From Saprospira grandis str. Lewin (lineage in GTDB: Bacteria > Bacteroidota > Bacteroidia > Chitinophagales > Saprospiraceae), in contig NC_016940.1 in NCBI RefSeq assembly GCF_000250635.1, positions 1,160,995 to 1,224,994 of the forward strand: a DNA stretch of 64,000 nt. Direction: 5' to 3'. Of the stretch, positions 39,254 to 49,204 are shown one piece after another. Both the position numbers and the translations under genes were made by a program. The notes under the pieces were generated by a model. That model made no database searches and was not told the origin of the DNA. It saw nothing but the letters and a program-made list of their open reading frames with translations. Position 1 is the stretch's first letter. Each line of letters opens with the position of its first letter.

Positions 39254-40118
39254 TCAATTTAACAACTCTGGCTTAAGATGATCTTGGGCTAGAGTTGTTT
39301 TCTTTTTATAGCTCTTATATTCGAGCTCTTGTTGTTGGTGCATTTCAGCAGGCGGCATAAATTGACAAGACCAATGTGGCCGCGCTTGGTTGTAAATATC
39401 AATACTTTGAGCCACTATTTTCTTCATCGCATCTAGCCCTAAATGGAAAAAATCTGCAATAAACTCTTGCTTTAATATTCCATTTATTCGCTCTGCTACG
39501 GCATTTGCATAAGGGTCATAAGACTCAGTCATAGAGCAACTTATGCCTAGCTCTTTGAGTACTTGCTGATAATCATTTGAGCAGTACTGAATGCCCCGAT
39601 CAGAATGATGAATCAGCTCTTCGTTAGGATATAGACGACGCTTTGCAGCCTGTTTTAAGGCTCGAATAGAGCCAATACTGCTCAAGCTGTCAGAGACATC
39701 ATATCCCATTATTTGCTTAGAATAAGCGTCTGTGACCAAGGCTAAATACATTGGATTTTCTCTCGTTCCAATGTAAGTAATATCTGAAACCCCAGACTTG
39801 CTCTGGCCGATAAATTTTCAAATCAGCTATCTTGTTCTTATGCTTTCTGTAGTGGTGGAAGGAATTTGTCGTTGTATGATAGTTCTTTCGAGGTCGAACT
39901 AGCAGATTGTTGGCCCGCAAAATAGTAAAAAACTTATCTCGGCCTACTCGCAGAGCCTTCAACTCAGATTGAAGTAAATGGTACAATTTGCGGCCTCCTA
40001 AGCGAGGCATTTTGTTCCGTACTTCTTGAACTAAGGCAACTACTTTTTCTGCCAAACCCTGATTAGATCTATGTTTCGCCTTCGATCTATAGTACTGCTG
40101 ACGATTTATCCCGACCAA
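39254..40118 (-). pseudogene. IS3-family transposase OrfB (DDE/rve) disrupted by 1-bp frameshift
   Basis: split into 133-aa and 165-aa ORFs; cccc at ~39785 vs ccc in intact copy (47640); also one a/t substitution (M vs L). Confidence 0.8.
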
Positions 40119-40138
40119 TCGACATAAGCCACTTAAGC

Positions 40139-40561
40139 TTATTTTTTCTTCTTTTTGGAATTTATCAACTGTTCGGGTAAAGACTTTTTTCTGATTGGAA
40201 TTTCAAACTCTTCTTCCGCTATATCTATCATCATATCAAAAAACAAGGCCTTCTTATCTGCCTGATTTAGCTCCTTTTCCAAGCGACGATTTTTCTTCTC
40301 TAAAAGCTTCAATTGCTGACGCAACTCCATCAATTCTTGTTCTGGACTCTTCTTCATACTTCTTAATTTATAGCTTTTATCGTATTGGCCATGTTTCTCG
40401 ATCCATGTCCGAATTGTACTGTCTCCTTGTATCCCATACTTCCGTTGAGCCGCCCTTAATCCAATCTCGCCATTTTCTACTTCCGACACAACTTGGAGCT
40501 TAAAAGCTAAGGTATAATCTTTTTGCGTCCGCTTAACATACTGACCTTCTTTATTTTCCAT
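40139..40561 (-). CDS. IS3-family transposase OrfA (HTH)
   Basis: 140 aa, identical to 47992-48414; ends ..NSKKKKK over A-rich slippery region. Confidence 0.85.
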   Translation of the reverse strand: MENKEGQYVKRTQKDYTLAFKLQVVSEVENGEIGLRAAQRKYGIQGDSTIRTWIEKHGQYDKSYKLRSMKKSPEQELMELRQQLKLLEKKNRRLEKELNQADKKALFFDMMIDIAEEEFEIPIRKKSLPEQLINSKKKKK

Positions 40562-40693
40562 CTATCTTCTGTTTTTGTTGTATCAGTATATCAGGACAAG
40601 ACACACTGAAGTAGAAAAAGGCTAGTGATTTTTATCGCTAGCCTTTTTTTTGGGCAAAAAAAAACCTCCAAGCCAAAAGCTTGAAGGTTAAAG

Positions 40694-40766
40694 TGGTTTC
40701 GGGCGGGCTCGAACCGCCGACACACGGATTTTCAGTCCGATGCTCTACCAGCTGAGCTACGAAACC
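40694..40766 (-). tRNA. tRNA-Phe (GAA), CCA encoded
   Basis: minus-strand cloverleaf ggtttcgtagctcagctggtagagc..ggacTGAAaatcc..GGTTCGAGCCC..cgaaacca. Confidence 0.9.
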
Positions 40767-40971
40767 AGCTGTTTTTGTTTTGCGTGGCACAAATATAAGG
40801 CAGTTTTTTAAACTTCCAAAGGTTTTCTGAAAAAAACTATACTTTTTTGTGAATTCAGAGCCTGGCCTTAAAGTTTTTTAAAAATTTAAGATTAGTGAGG
40901 CCTTTTATTAAATTTGCGCAAGTCCTTTTTTGCCCAAAAATGTTTGGTCTCATCCTTAGAATTTAAAATCT

Positions 40972-42189
40972 ATGTACTTAAAAAGATGGAGTGTACTGGC
41001 CCTACTCCTTTGTTTTGGCCTGTTGAATAATAGTTGCGATAATGAAGTTGATGTAGTTGGCGACTGGAAAGAGGTGCCTATTGTTTATGGCGTAATTAAC
41101 CCCCTGCCTTTATTTTCGCCTATGGAGCCGCACTATATTCGTATTGAAAAGGCCTTTTTGGACCCTCGTACGGATGCCTTTCAGATTGCGCAGCGGGCCG
41201 ACTCCCTTTATTATGGTCCTTTTGACCTAGAAGTAATTTTGTATGAGCAAACGCAGCAGGGCTCTCAGGTCATCAACACCCCTCTAGATACTTTTGAGCG
41301 GGTAAATGCCACCGATGAAGGCTTTGCGGACCGAGAAGAGGGTATTTTTGCGGCTAGTCCCAACTATATTTATAAGAGTGATGCCGTTTTGCCTGTAGGC
41401 AGCTATTTCTTACTCAAGGTAAAGAACTTGGCTACGGGCAAAGAGTACGATATATATACAAAGAGCATTCAACCTGGCAATCGTGATTTTACCGACTCGA
41501 CCTTTAATGAGTTTAGAGTGACCACGCCCTCCACTAGTTTGGGGATTAAGTGGGCCAACTATGATCAGGGCAGCCAAGACTGGATCTTTAGAGATATCCG
41601 CTTCAACTGGGCCACCCCAAGCGATGCGGCTATTTATGATCTTTCATTGGATATTCATTATTATGAATTTGAGGTAGACCAAAGCCAAACGGGCGAGCCC
41701 GAGATTCCTGGCACTCGAGTCCGTAAAACCCTCAAGTGGACCCCCTTCCGCTCTGTTTTGGCCTCGGGTACTTCAGAGCCTAGAGGACTTTGCAATGCTT
41801 GTCCACAAACCTATGAGCGTTTTATTGAAGGCGATGGAACCGTGGCCCAAGAAATCAATGGCGAGAGCTTCTTCCGCTATTTGGCCAACAACCTATCGAG
41901 CACTACAGATAATAATATTCGCCGCTGCTTTAGCGAATTGGATATTCGGGTAGATGCCGCTGGCGTAGAGCTGGCCAACTACCTTAAGGCCAATGCCGCC
42001 AACCAAAGCCTAGTGGGCGGACTGTTTCCGGCAGAACCCTACACGAATGTTCCTGATGGCTATGGCATTTTTACCACAAAAATGTTTACCACTAGAAATG
42101 GCTATGAATTAGACGATGAAGTTTTGGAGTACCTCAAATTTGGGGAAATCACTCGAGATCTTGGTTTTAGAGATTATAGCTGCAACTAA
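40972..42189 (+). CDS. hypothetical lipoprotein
   Basis: 405 aa; lipobox LLNNSCDNE; no recognised domain. Confidence 0.55.
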   Translation: MYLKRWSVLALLLCFGLLNNSCDNEVDVVGDWKEVPIVYGVINPLPLFSPMEPHYIRIEKAFLDPRTDAFQIAQRADSLYYGPFDLEVILYEQTQQGSQVINTPLDTFERVNATDEGFADREEGIFAASPNYIYKSDAVLPVGSYFLLKVKNLATGKEYDIYTKSIQPGNRDFTDSTFNEFRVTTPSTSLGIKWANYDQGSQDWIFRDIRFNWATPSDAAIYDLSLDIHYYEFEVDQSQTGEPEIPGTRVRKTLKWTPFRSVLASGTSEPRGLCNACPQTYERFIEGDGTVAQEINGESFFRYLANNLSSTTDNNIRRCFSELDIRVDAAGVELANYLKANAANQSLVGGLFPAEPYTNVPDGYGIFTTKMFTTRNGYELDDEVLEYLKFGEITRDLGFRDYSCN

Positions 42190-42197
42190 AATATAAA

Positions 42198-42221
42198 AGG
42201 CCCTTTGGAGGGCCTTTTTTT
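42198..42221 (+). terminator. rho-independent terminator
   Basis: aggccc-tttgga-gggcct stem plus TTTTTTT. Confidence 0.75.
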
Positions 42222-42252
42222 ATGCCCTGCAAGCCAGGCCGCCAAGCAATCA

Positions 42253-42298
42253 CTGACAAGAGAGCGGACAAAAACTGAAAAAATGGCAGCTTGTCAGG
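42253..42298. promoter_or_regulatory. candidate heat-shock operator upstream of dnaK: CTGACAAG ... TGGCAGCTTGTCAGG
   Basis: shares 14-mer TGGCAGyTTGTCAG and CTTGTCAG/CTGACAAG half-sites with grpE upstream region; no CIRCE element found. Confidence 0.35.
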
Positions 42299-42452
42299 CC
42301 AAAATGCAGGCAAAACAGCCGATTTGGCAAAAAAAAGGGCAAAAAAGAGAAAAAATTCTGTTGGTACAAGCCTTGATCTTAGGGCAGTGTCGCTCAATGA
42401 GGCGAACAACAATAATTGACTATCAAACTAACAAATTCAATATCTACAAGTT

Positions 42453-44357
42453 ATGGGTAAGATTATAGGAATCGACTTAGGAACTACCAACTCCTGCGTA
42501 TCTGTAATGGAAGGAAACGAACCTGTAGTGATTACCAACGAAGAGGGTAAGCGCACTACGCCTTCTGTTATTGGTTTTTTGGATAATGGCGAACGCAAAA
42601 TCGGTGATCCCGCTAAGCGTCAGGCAATTACCAACCCGCACAAAACAATCATGTCTATCAAGCGCTTTATGGGCTTGCGCCACAGCGAAGCTGGCGATGA
42701 TGTGAATCAGGTCCCCTATGAAATTTTGAAAGGGGCCAACGATACTATTCGCGTAAAAATTGACGACCGCGAATATAGCCCACAAGAGATTTCGGCCATG
42801 ACGCTACAAAAAATGAAGCGCATTGCAGAAGAGTACTTGGGCCAAGAAGTGACTGAAGCTGTAGTTACTGTACCTGCTTACTTTAACGACTCTCAGCGTC
42901 AAGCCACTAAAGAAGCTGGCGAAATTGCCGGCCTAAAAGTTCGTCGTATCATCAACGAACCTACTGCCGCAGCTCTTGCTTACGGTATGGATAAAGCTGA
43001 TGAGGATGTAACTATTGCTGTTTATGACCTTGGTGGAGGAACTTTTGACGTTTCTATCCTTGAACTAGGCGGTGGCGTTTTTGAAGTAAAATCAACAAAT
43101 GGTGATACACACCTTGGTGGTGACGACTTTGACCGTGTGATCATGGACTGGCTCATTAGCGAGTTCAAACAACAAGAAGGTATTGACCTTAGCAAAAATG
43201 CAGAGGCCATCCAACGTCTAAAAGAAGCTTCAGAAAAAGCTAAGATTGAGCTTTCTGGTGGTTCTTCTACAGATATCAACCTTCCTTATATCTCTTTCAA
43301 TGAAAGTGGCGCTAAGCACTTGGTCCGCCAATTGAGCCGCTCTAAATTTGAGCAACTCATTAGCGACTTGGTACAGCGTACCCTTACGCCCTGCCAAAAA
43401 GCACTAGATGATGCTGGCCTTTCTATCGGCGATATTGATGAGATTATCCTAGTAGGTGGTTCTACTCGTATTCCTGCCATTCAGGAAGCTGTAGAAAAAT
43501 TCTTCAACAAGAAGCCCAATAAGAGCGTAAACCCCGATGAAGTAGTGGCCGTAGGTGCTGCTATCCAAGGTGGTGTATTGACTGGTGAGGTGAAAGATGT
43601 TCTTCTCCTAGATGTTACTCCCCTTTCTTTGGGTATCGAAACTTATGGTGGCGTATTCACTCGCCTAGTTGAGGCCAATACGACTATTCCTAAGCGTGCT
43701 TCTCAGGTATTTTCTACCGCTCAAGATAACCAGCCTTCTGTAGAGATCCACGTTTTGCAAGGAGAGCGCCCCATGGCCAACCAAAACCGCACAATCGGTC
43801 GCTTCCAACTAGAGGGTATCCCCGCTATGCGCAAAGGTGAACCTCAAATTGAAGTAGTTTTTGACATTGACTCTAACGGTATCCTTAGCGTTTCTGCTAA
43901 AGAGAAAACGACCGGAAAAGAACAGAAGATCCGCATCGAGGCTTCTACTGGACTTTCTCAAGAGGAAATCGATAAGATGAAGCAAGAAGCCGAGGCCAAT
44001 GCCGAAGCCGACCGCCAAGCTCGCGAAAAAGTAGATAAGCTCAATGAGGCCGACTCTATCATCTACCAAACAGAACGTCAGATGACAGAACATGGCGAGA
44101 AATTGCCCGAAAACCTCAAAGCCGATATCGAAAAAGCAGTCACTGAGCTTAAAGCAGCTCATCAAGCACAAGACCTAGATGCCATCAACAAAGGGATCGA
44201 GGCCGTAAATAACGCTTGGGCTGCAGCTAGCCAGCAAATGGGTGGACAGCCCGGCGCCGGTGGCCCCGAAGCAGGCCCCCAAGGCCCCGCCAATGACGGC
44301 CAAGCCGGTGGCGATGATGTAACCGATGTAGAATTTGAAGAGGTAGACAATAAGTAG
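42453..44357 (+). CDS. dnaK: molecular chaperone DnaK (Hsp70)
   Basis: 634 aa; [35 protein letters not shown] Hsp70 signatures; C-terminal Gly/Ala-rich tail ..EEVD-like. Confidence 0.97.
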   Translation: MGKIIGIDLGTTNSCVSVMEGNEPVVITNEEGKRTTPSVIGFLDNGERKIGDPAKRQAITNPHKTIMSIKRFMGLRHSEAGDDVNQVPYEILKGANDTIRVKIDDREYSPQEISAMTLQKMKRIAEEYLGQEVTEAVVTVPAYFNDSQRQATKEAGEIAGLKVRRIINEPTAAALAYGMDKADEDVTIAVYDLGGGTFDVSILELGGGVFEVKSTNGDTHLGGDDFDRVIMDWLISEFKQQEGIDLSKNAEAIQRLKEASEKAKIELSGGSSTDINLPYISFNESGAKHLVRQLSRSKFEQLISDLVQRTLTPCQKALDDAGLSIGDIDEIILVGGSTRIPAIQEAVEKFFNKKPNKSVNPDEVVAVGAAIQGGVLTGEVKDVLLLDVTPLSLGIETYGGVFTRLVEANTTIPKRASQVFSTAQDNQPSVEIHVLQGERPMANQNRTIGRFQLEGIPAMRKGEPQIEVVFDIDSNGILSVSAKEKTTGKEQKIRIEASTGLSQEEIDKMKQEAEANAEADRQAREKVDKLNEADSIIYQTERQMTEHGEKLPENLKADIEKAVTELKAAHQAQDLDAINKGIEAVNNAWAAASQQMGGQPGAGGPEAGPQGPANDGQAGGDDVTDVEFEEVDNK

Positions 44358-44384
44358 TCGCCTACTCAAAAACTCCAATAATGA

Positions 44385-44416
44385 GGCGAGTCAACTTAGG
44401 TTGACTCGCCTTTTTT
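44385..44416 (+). terminator. rho-independent terminator of dnaK
   Basis: ggcgagtcaac-tta-ggttgactcgcc stem plus TTTTTT. Confidence 0.85.
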
Positions 44417-44464
44417 ATGTCTTGGCTTTCTATTCTTTATTATCTTTGGACCAAAATCTAACTT

Positions 44465-45115
44465 ATGGCGACATCCCCCAGGCTCCGCTACTTTCTGCTT
44501 ATACCTATGCTAATTTATTTCCTTTTCCTCTTTTGGTTCCACTGGATTCAGCCCAAAACGCCGACTAAAGCCGAGAAAATTGCGGCCAATAATGAAGCCA
44601 TTGCCGCCTATGTCGAACGCTTCCACCCCCTCGCTATTGCCGAGATGCACAGACTAGGCGTGCCCGCTAGTATTACCCTGGCCCAAGGGATCCTAGAGTC
44701 TCAATACGGAAAAAGCGAATTGGCCCAACAAGCCAATAATCACTTCGGCATGAAATGCGGCGGCAACTGGGAAGGCGATAGCTACTCTAAGTTTACTGGA
44801 GAATGGAATAATGAAGCCCAGTCTTACCGACAATTGGCCTGCTTCCGCGTTTTTGATTCTGCCGAAGCCTCTTTTAGAGCACATTCCGACTTCCTGCGCT
44901 ACCGCAAGTATTACCAAAAACTCTTTCTCCTCCCCTCCAAAGATTATAAGGCCTGGGCCAAAGGCCTACAAGCCGCAGGCTATGCTACCGACCCCAAATA
45001 CCCCGATAAACTCATTTCTCTCATCGAACGATTTGAACTGGACCAATATGATCAGCTCCTGCTCCGCCCAGAATCGCCCTGGGTGCTGGCTCCAGATACC
45101 CTCTCTTTCGACTAA
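44465..45115 (+). CDS. glucosaminidase-domain protein (FlgJ-like mannosyl-glycoprotein endo-beta-N-acetylglucosaminidase)
   Basis: N-terminal TM; LAQGILESQYGKSELAQQANNHFGMKC matches glucosaminidase domain. Confidence 0.7.
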   Translation: MATSPRLRYFLLIPMLIYFLFLFWFHWIQPKTPTKAEKIAANNEAIAAYVERFHPLAIAEMHRLGVPASITLAQGILESQYGKSELAQQANNHFGMKCGGNWEGDSYSKFTGEWNNEAQSYRQLACFRVFDSAEASFRAHSDFLRYRKYYQKLFLLPSKDYKAWAKGLQAAGYATDPKYPDKLISLIERFELDQYDQLLLRPESPWVLAPDTLSFD

Positions 45116-45127
45116 CGATTATATGTT

Positions 45128-46822
45128 ATGCGCTTGCTCTCTTTTTTTGCCCTTTTCTTGCTCCTCGCCTGCCAAAATGAATCCCAAAAAGCGGAGCTGC
45201 TCATCTTTAATGGCCCTATTTATACCGTAGATAGTAGCCAATCTCAGGTGGAAGCGCTGGCGGTGGCCAATGGGAAAATTATCGCCCTGGGAAATTGGAG
45301 CGATCTCCAAAAGTTTCAAAGCCCTAGTACCGAACTGCTGGACCTTAAAGGCAAAACCCTGATTCCCGCCTTTATTGAAAGCCATGCCCATATTCTGGGC
45401 CTAGGGCAGTTTAAACGAGAACTGGACCTCAGCCAAGTCAAAAGCTATGAGGAGCTGATCCAATTGGTCCAAGAACAAGCTGCCAAAACGCCAAAAGGCG
45501 AATGGATTCTTGGCCGCGCCTGGCATCAAAGTAAATGGGATTCTCTCCCCTTTTCGATCAAAGGCTACCAAACGCATGATGCCCTCAGCCAAGCCGTCCC
45601 CGATCATCCCGTTTTGCTGATGCACGCTAGCGCCCACGCCCTGATGGCCAACGAAAAAGCCATGCAGCTGGCGGGCCTAACGCCCGAAACCCAAATGAAT
45701 GAGGAAGGCGAGATTATCCGCTTTCCCAATGGCCGCCCCACAGGCATTTTTACCGAAAATGCCATGACGATGATTAAGGAGGCCCTGCCGCCCGCCGATG
45801 AAAATAGCCGCTATCAAGATCTACTAGCGGGTATCCAAGAGGCCCTTAGCTACGGTATTGGCAGCCTGCAAGATGCCGGCTCCGATTCTGCCGCTATTGC
45901 GCTTTACCGAAAAGCCCTGGCCCAAAATGAACTCCCGCTCCGCCTTTGGGTAATGCTGGCCTATAATAATTATGCTGCCGATGTCCAAGGCCAAGACGAT
46001 CCTTTCCTAGAAAAATGGCTGAAAAAAGGTCCCGAAAAAGGCGATTTTCTCAGTATCGGAGGCATTAAGCTTTATGCCGATGGCGCCCTAGGCTCTAGAG
46101 GCGCTTGGATGCTCGAGGAGTATAGCGACCGAGCTGGCCATTTTGGCCACCCTACTCTCCCCCTAAAAACTATTGAGGAGATTGCCGAAAAAGCCCTGCT
46201 GGCCGACTTCCAACTTTGTACTCACGCTATCGGCGACCGAGCCAACCGAGAGCTGCTCAATATTTATGAACGGGTCCTAAAAGCCCAGCCCCAAGCCGCC
46301 AAAGACCACCGCTTCCGAATTGAACATGCCCAACATATTGCCCCCAAAGATATTCCCCGCTTTGCCCAGCTAGATGTTATTGCCTCGGTCCAAGGGATCC
46401 ACTTTTCTTCCGATCGCCCCTGGGCCCAAAGCCGCCTGGGCCGCCTGCGCATCGCTATGGGCGCCTACCGCTGGAAACAATTGCTGGCCTCTGGCGCCAA
46501 ACTGATTAACGGCACCGATGCCCCCGTCGAGTCGATCAATCCAATCGCCTGCTTTTATAGCCTGGTCAGCCGCCAAGCCAATGATGGCCAAGTCTATGAA
46601 GCCGACCAAAAGCTGAGCCGCCTGCAGGCCCTAAAGGCCTATACCCTAGATGCCGCCTATGGCGCTTTTCAAGAAAAGGAAAAAGGCAGCCTAGAGGTCG
46701 GAAAGTTTGCCGATTTTGCCATCCTTTCCCAAGATATTATGCAGGTCCCCCTCCAAGATATTCCCCAAACTAAGGTCCTGCAAACTATTGTAAACGGTAA
46801 AACGGTCTATTTGAGGGAGTAG
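45128..46822 (+). CDS. amidohydrolase-3 family metal-dependent hydrolase (lipoprotein)
   Basis: 564 aa; lipobox LLLACQNE; HAH..H metal-binding pattern IESHAHILG; family length and C-terminal region. Confidence 0.7.
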   Translation: MRLLSFFALFLLLACQNESQKAELLIFNGPIYTVDSSQSQVEALAVANGKIIALGNWSDLQKFQSPSTELLDLKGKTLIPAFIESHAHILGLGQFKRELDLSQVKSYEELIQLVQEQAAKTPKGEWILGRAWHQSKWDSLPFSIKGYQTHDALSQAVPDHPVLLMHASAHALMANEKAMQLAGLTPETQMNEEGEIIRFPNGRPTGIFTENAMTMIKEALPPADENSRYQDLLAGIQEALSYGIGSLQDAGSDSAAIALYRKALAQNELPLRLWVMLAYNNYAADVQGQDDPFLEKWLKKGPEKGDFLSIGGIKLYADGALGSRGAWMLEEYSDRAGHFGHPTLPLKTIEEIAEKALLADFQLCTHAIGDRANRELLNIYERVLKAQPQAAKDHRFRIEHAQHIAPKDIPRFAQLDVIASVQGIHFSSDRPWAQSRLGRLRIAMGAYRWKQLLASGAKLINGTDAPVESINPIACFYSLVSRQANDGQVYEADQKLSRLQALKAYTLDAAYGAFQEKEKGSLEVGKFADFAILSQDIMQVPLQDIPQTKVLQTIVNGKTVYLRE

Positions 46823-46824
46823 GA

Positions 46825-46965
46825 TTTGGGGCCTCCGCCTCGCTTCGCTCGTCGGCGCTACGTTTCAGGGCTCGCAGGTCTGCTCGGCCCTTCGCCAGCT
46901 TCGCTGGCTCGGTCTGGCCTACGGCCACCCTTGCACATCGCTAGGCCTGCGGCCCTTCGGGCCTG
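46825..46965. repeat. REP-like mosaic element (forward, partial module set)
   Basis: ggggcctccgcctcgcttcgctcgtcggcgctacgtttcagggctcgcaggtctgctcggccc..ggtctggcctacggccacc..catcgctaggcc. Confidence 0.8.
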
Positions 46966-47107
46966 CTATCCGTAGCTTGTCCCGTCCTGAAAAACTGATA
47001 CAGAATTTAAAGCAATAAAATTCTGATTAAATACGGGTGAAAAGTTATTCTGGAAGATTTTGACCTCCTTCAAAAAGGTCAAAAAATCTTACGGAAATAA
47101 CTTGTTG

Positions 47108-47971
47108 TCAATTTAACAACTCTGGCTTAAGATGATCTTGGGCTAGAGTTGTTTTCTTTTTATAGCTCTTATATTCGAGCTCTTGTTGTTGGTGCATTTC
47201 AGCAGGCGGCATAAATTGACAAGACCAATGTGGCCGCGCTTGGTTGTAAATATCAATACTTTGAGCCACTATTTTCTTCATCGCATCTAGCCCTAAATGG
47301 AAAAAATCTGCAATAAACTCTTGCTTTAATATTCCATTTATTCGCTCTGCTACGGCATTTGCATAAGGGTCATAAGACTCAGTCATAGAGCAACTTATGC
47401 CTAGCTCTTTGAGTACTTGCTGATAATCATTTGAGCAGTACTGAATGCCCCGATCAGAATGATGAATCAGCTCTTCGTTAGGATATAGACGACGCTTTGC
47501 AGCCTGTTTTAAGGCTCGAATAGAGCCAATACTGCTCAAGCTGTCAGAGACATCATATCCCATTATTTGCTTAGAATAAGCGTCTGTGACCAAGGCTAAA
47601 TACATTGGATTTTCTCTCGTTCCAATGTAAGTAATATCTGAAACCCAGACTTGCTCTGGCCGATAAATTTTCAAATCAGCTATCTTGTTCTTATGCTTTC
47701 TGTAGTGGTGGAAGGAATTTGTCGTTGTATGATAGTTCTTTCGAGGTCGAACTAGCAGATTGTTGGCCCGCAAAATAGTAAAAAACTTATCTCGGCCTAC
47801 TCGCAGAGCCTTCAACTCAGATTGAAGTAAATGGTACATTTTGCGGCCTCCTAAGCGAGGCATTTTGTTCCGTACTTCTTGAACTAAGGCAACTACTTTT
47901 TCTGCCAAACCCTGATTAGATCTATGTTTCGCCTTCGATCTATAGTACTGCTGACGATTTATCCCGACCAA
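47108..47971 (-). CDS. IS3-family transposase OrfB (rve integrase core, DDE)
   Basis: 287 aa; ..HSDRGIQYCSNDYQ..ESYDPYANAVAERINGILKQEF.. integrase core; likely expressed by -1 frameshift from OrfA. Confidence 0.9.
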   Translation of the reverse strand: MVGINRQQYYRSKAKHRSNQGLAEKVVALVQEVRNKMPRLGGRKMYHLLQSELKALRVGRDKFFTILRANNLLVRPRKNYHTTTNSFHHYRKHKNKIADLKIYRPEQVWVSDITYIGTRENPMYLALVTDAYSKQIMGYDVSDSLSSIGSIRALKQAAKRRLYPNEELIHHSDRGIQYCSNDYQQVLKELGISCSMTESYDPYANAVAERINGILKQEFIADFFHLGLDAMKKIVAQSIDIYNQARPHWSCQFMPPAEMHQQQELEYKSYKKKTTLAQDHLKPELLN

Positions 47972-47991
47972 TCGACATAAGCCACTTAAGC

Positions 47992-48414
47992 TTATTTTTT
48001 CTTCTTTTTGGAATTTATCAACTGTTCGGGTAAAGACTTTTTTCTGATTGGAATTTCAAACTCTTCTTCCGCTATATCTATCATCATATCAAAAAACAAG
48101 GCCTTCTTATCTGCCTGATTTAGCTCCTTTTCCAAGCGACGATTTTTCTTCTCTAAAAGCTTCAATTGCTGACGCAACTCCATCAATTCTTGTTCTGGAC
48201 TCTTCTTCATACTTCTTAATTTATAGCTTTTATCGTATTGGCCATGTTTCTCGATCCATGTCCGAATTGTACTGTCTCCTTGTATCCCATACTTCCGTTG
48301 AGCCGCCCTTAATCCAATCTCGCCATTTTCTACTTCCGACACAACTTGGAGCTTAAAAGCTAAGGTATAATCTTTTTGCGTCCGCTTAACATACTGACCT
48401 TCTTTATTTTCCAT
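47992..48414 (-). CDS. IS3-family transposase OrfA
   Basis: 140 aa HTH protein identical to copy A. Confidence 0.9.
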   Translation of the reverse strand: MENKEGQYVKRTQKDYTLAFKLQVVSEVENGEIGLRAAQRKYGIQGDSTIRTWIEKHGQYDKSYKLRSMKKSPEQELMELRQQLKLLEKKNRRLEKELNQADKKALFFDMMIDIAEEEFEIPIRKKSLPEQLINSKKKKK

Positions 48415-48456
48415 CTATCTTCTGTTTTTGTTGTATCAGTATATCAGGACAAGACA

Positions 48457-48600
48457 GCTGCAGCTTAAAAGCCGCAAGACCTGAAAACCGAATGCTTGCG
48501 CCCATCTCCAATAAAGCAGGGGCTTTTAAGCTCCTGCGGCGAGAAAAATGATGGCCCAAGAGATTGGCTGCGGCCTTTAGGCTGCAGGAATAGGATTTTG
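48457..48600. repeat. second repeat family (~145 bp), copy 2, reverse orientation
   Basis: reverse complement matches 35650-35800 (shared SCSLKAAANL in artefactual ORFs 35656..35844 and 48404..48607). Confidence 0.75.
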
Positions 48601-48675
48601 GCCCCAATTGTTAGGGAATTGTTAAAAATGAAAATAATGTAACAAAATCAAAAAGGGGGAAAGTTCGGTATTTTA

Positions 48676-49130
48676 CCGAACTAGTTCAGCTCCAGACCGA
48701 AGCAGTTCACCTCCAGACCGAACTAGTTTACCTCCAGACCGAAGCAGTTTACCTCCAGACCGAACTAGTTTACCTCCAGACCAAACTAGTTTACCTCCAG
48801 ACCAAACTAGTTCAGCTCCAGACCAAACTAGTTCACCTCCAGACCGAACTAGTTCAGCTCCAGACCGAACTGGTTCACCTCCAGACCGAAGCAGTTCACC
48901 GCCAGACCGAACTAGTTCACCGCCAGACCGAAGCAGTTTACCTCCAGACCGAACTGGTTCACCTCCAGACCGAAGCAGTTCACCTCCAGACCGAACTAGT
49001 TCACCTCCAGACCAAACTAGTTCAGCTCCAGACCAAACTAGTTCACCTCCAGACCAAACTAGTTCACCTCCAGACCAAACTAGTTCACCTCCAGACCAAA
49101 CTAGTTCACCTCCAGACCGAAGCAGTTCAC
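48676..49130. repeat. minisatellite: 21-bp unit x ~22 (CTCCAGACCGAACTAGTTCAC and variants)
   Basis: head-to-tail repeats with alternating GAACTAGTTC (10-bp palindrome) and GAAGCAGTT variants; track ORF 48673..49182 (SGGELVW heptads) lies on it. Confidence 0.95.
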
Positions 49131-49204
49131 GGGACTGTTCAGGATTTTGTGTATCCAGATAGGCAACAAAAAGGGCAAGCAAAAAATGTTAAACAAAAAA
49201 GCCC

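Larger units (their letters stand above)
39124..40603 (-). mobile_element. IS3-family insertion sequence, copy A (orfB frameshifted), 3-bp TSD CAC
   Basis: imperfect ~25-bp IRs TGTCCCGTCCTGAAAAACTGATACA / TGTCTTGTCCTGATATACTGATACA; >99% identical to 46977-48456; flanking CAC at 39121-39123 and 40604-40606. Confidence 0.85.
46977..48456 (-). mobile_element. IS3-family insertion sequence, copy B (intact), 3-bp TSD GCT
   Basis: same IRs as copy A; flanking GCT at 46974-46976 and 48457-48459; inserted exactly between a REP element and a family-2 repeat. Confidence 0.9.

Noticed and set aside
37940-42452. CIRCE/HrcA operator upstream of dnaK or grpE
   Set aside because: I searched both upstream regions for TTAGCACTC-N9-GAGTGCTAA-like inverted repeats and found none. 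Only the TGTCAG-type motif is present.
48673-49182. Track ORF encoding SGGELVW heptad repeats as a confident protein-coding gene
   Set aside because: The ORF is entirely built from the 21-bp minisatellite. Unit variants cause frequent non-synonymous changes, and both strands are open. It is kept only as a possibility in findings, not annotated as CDS.
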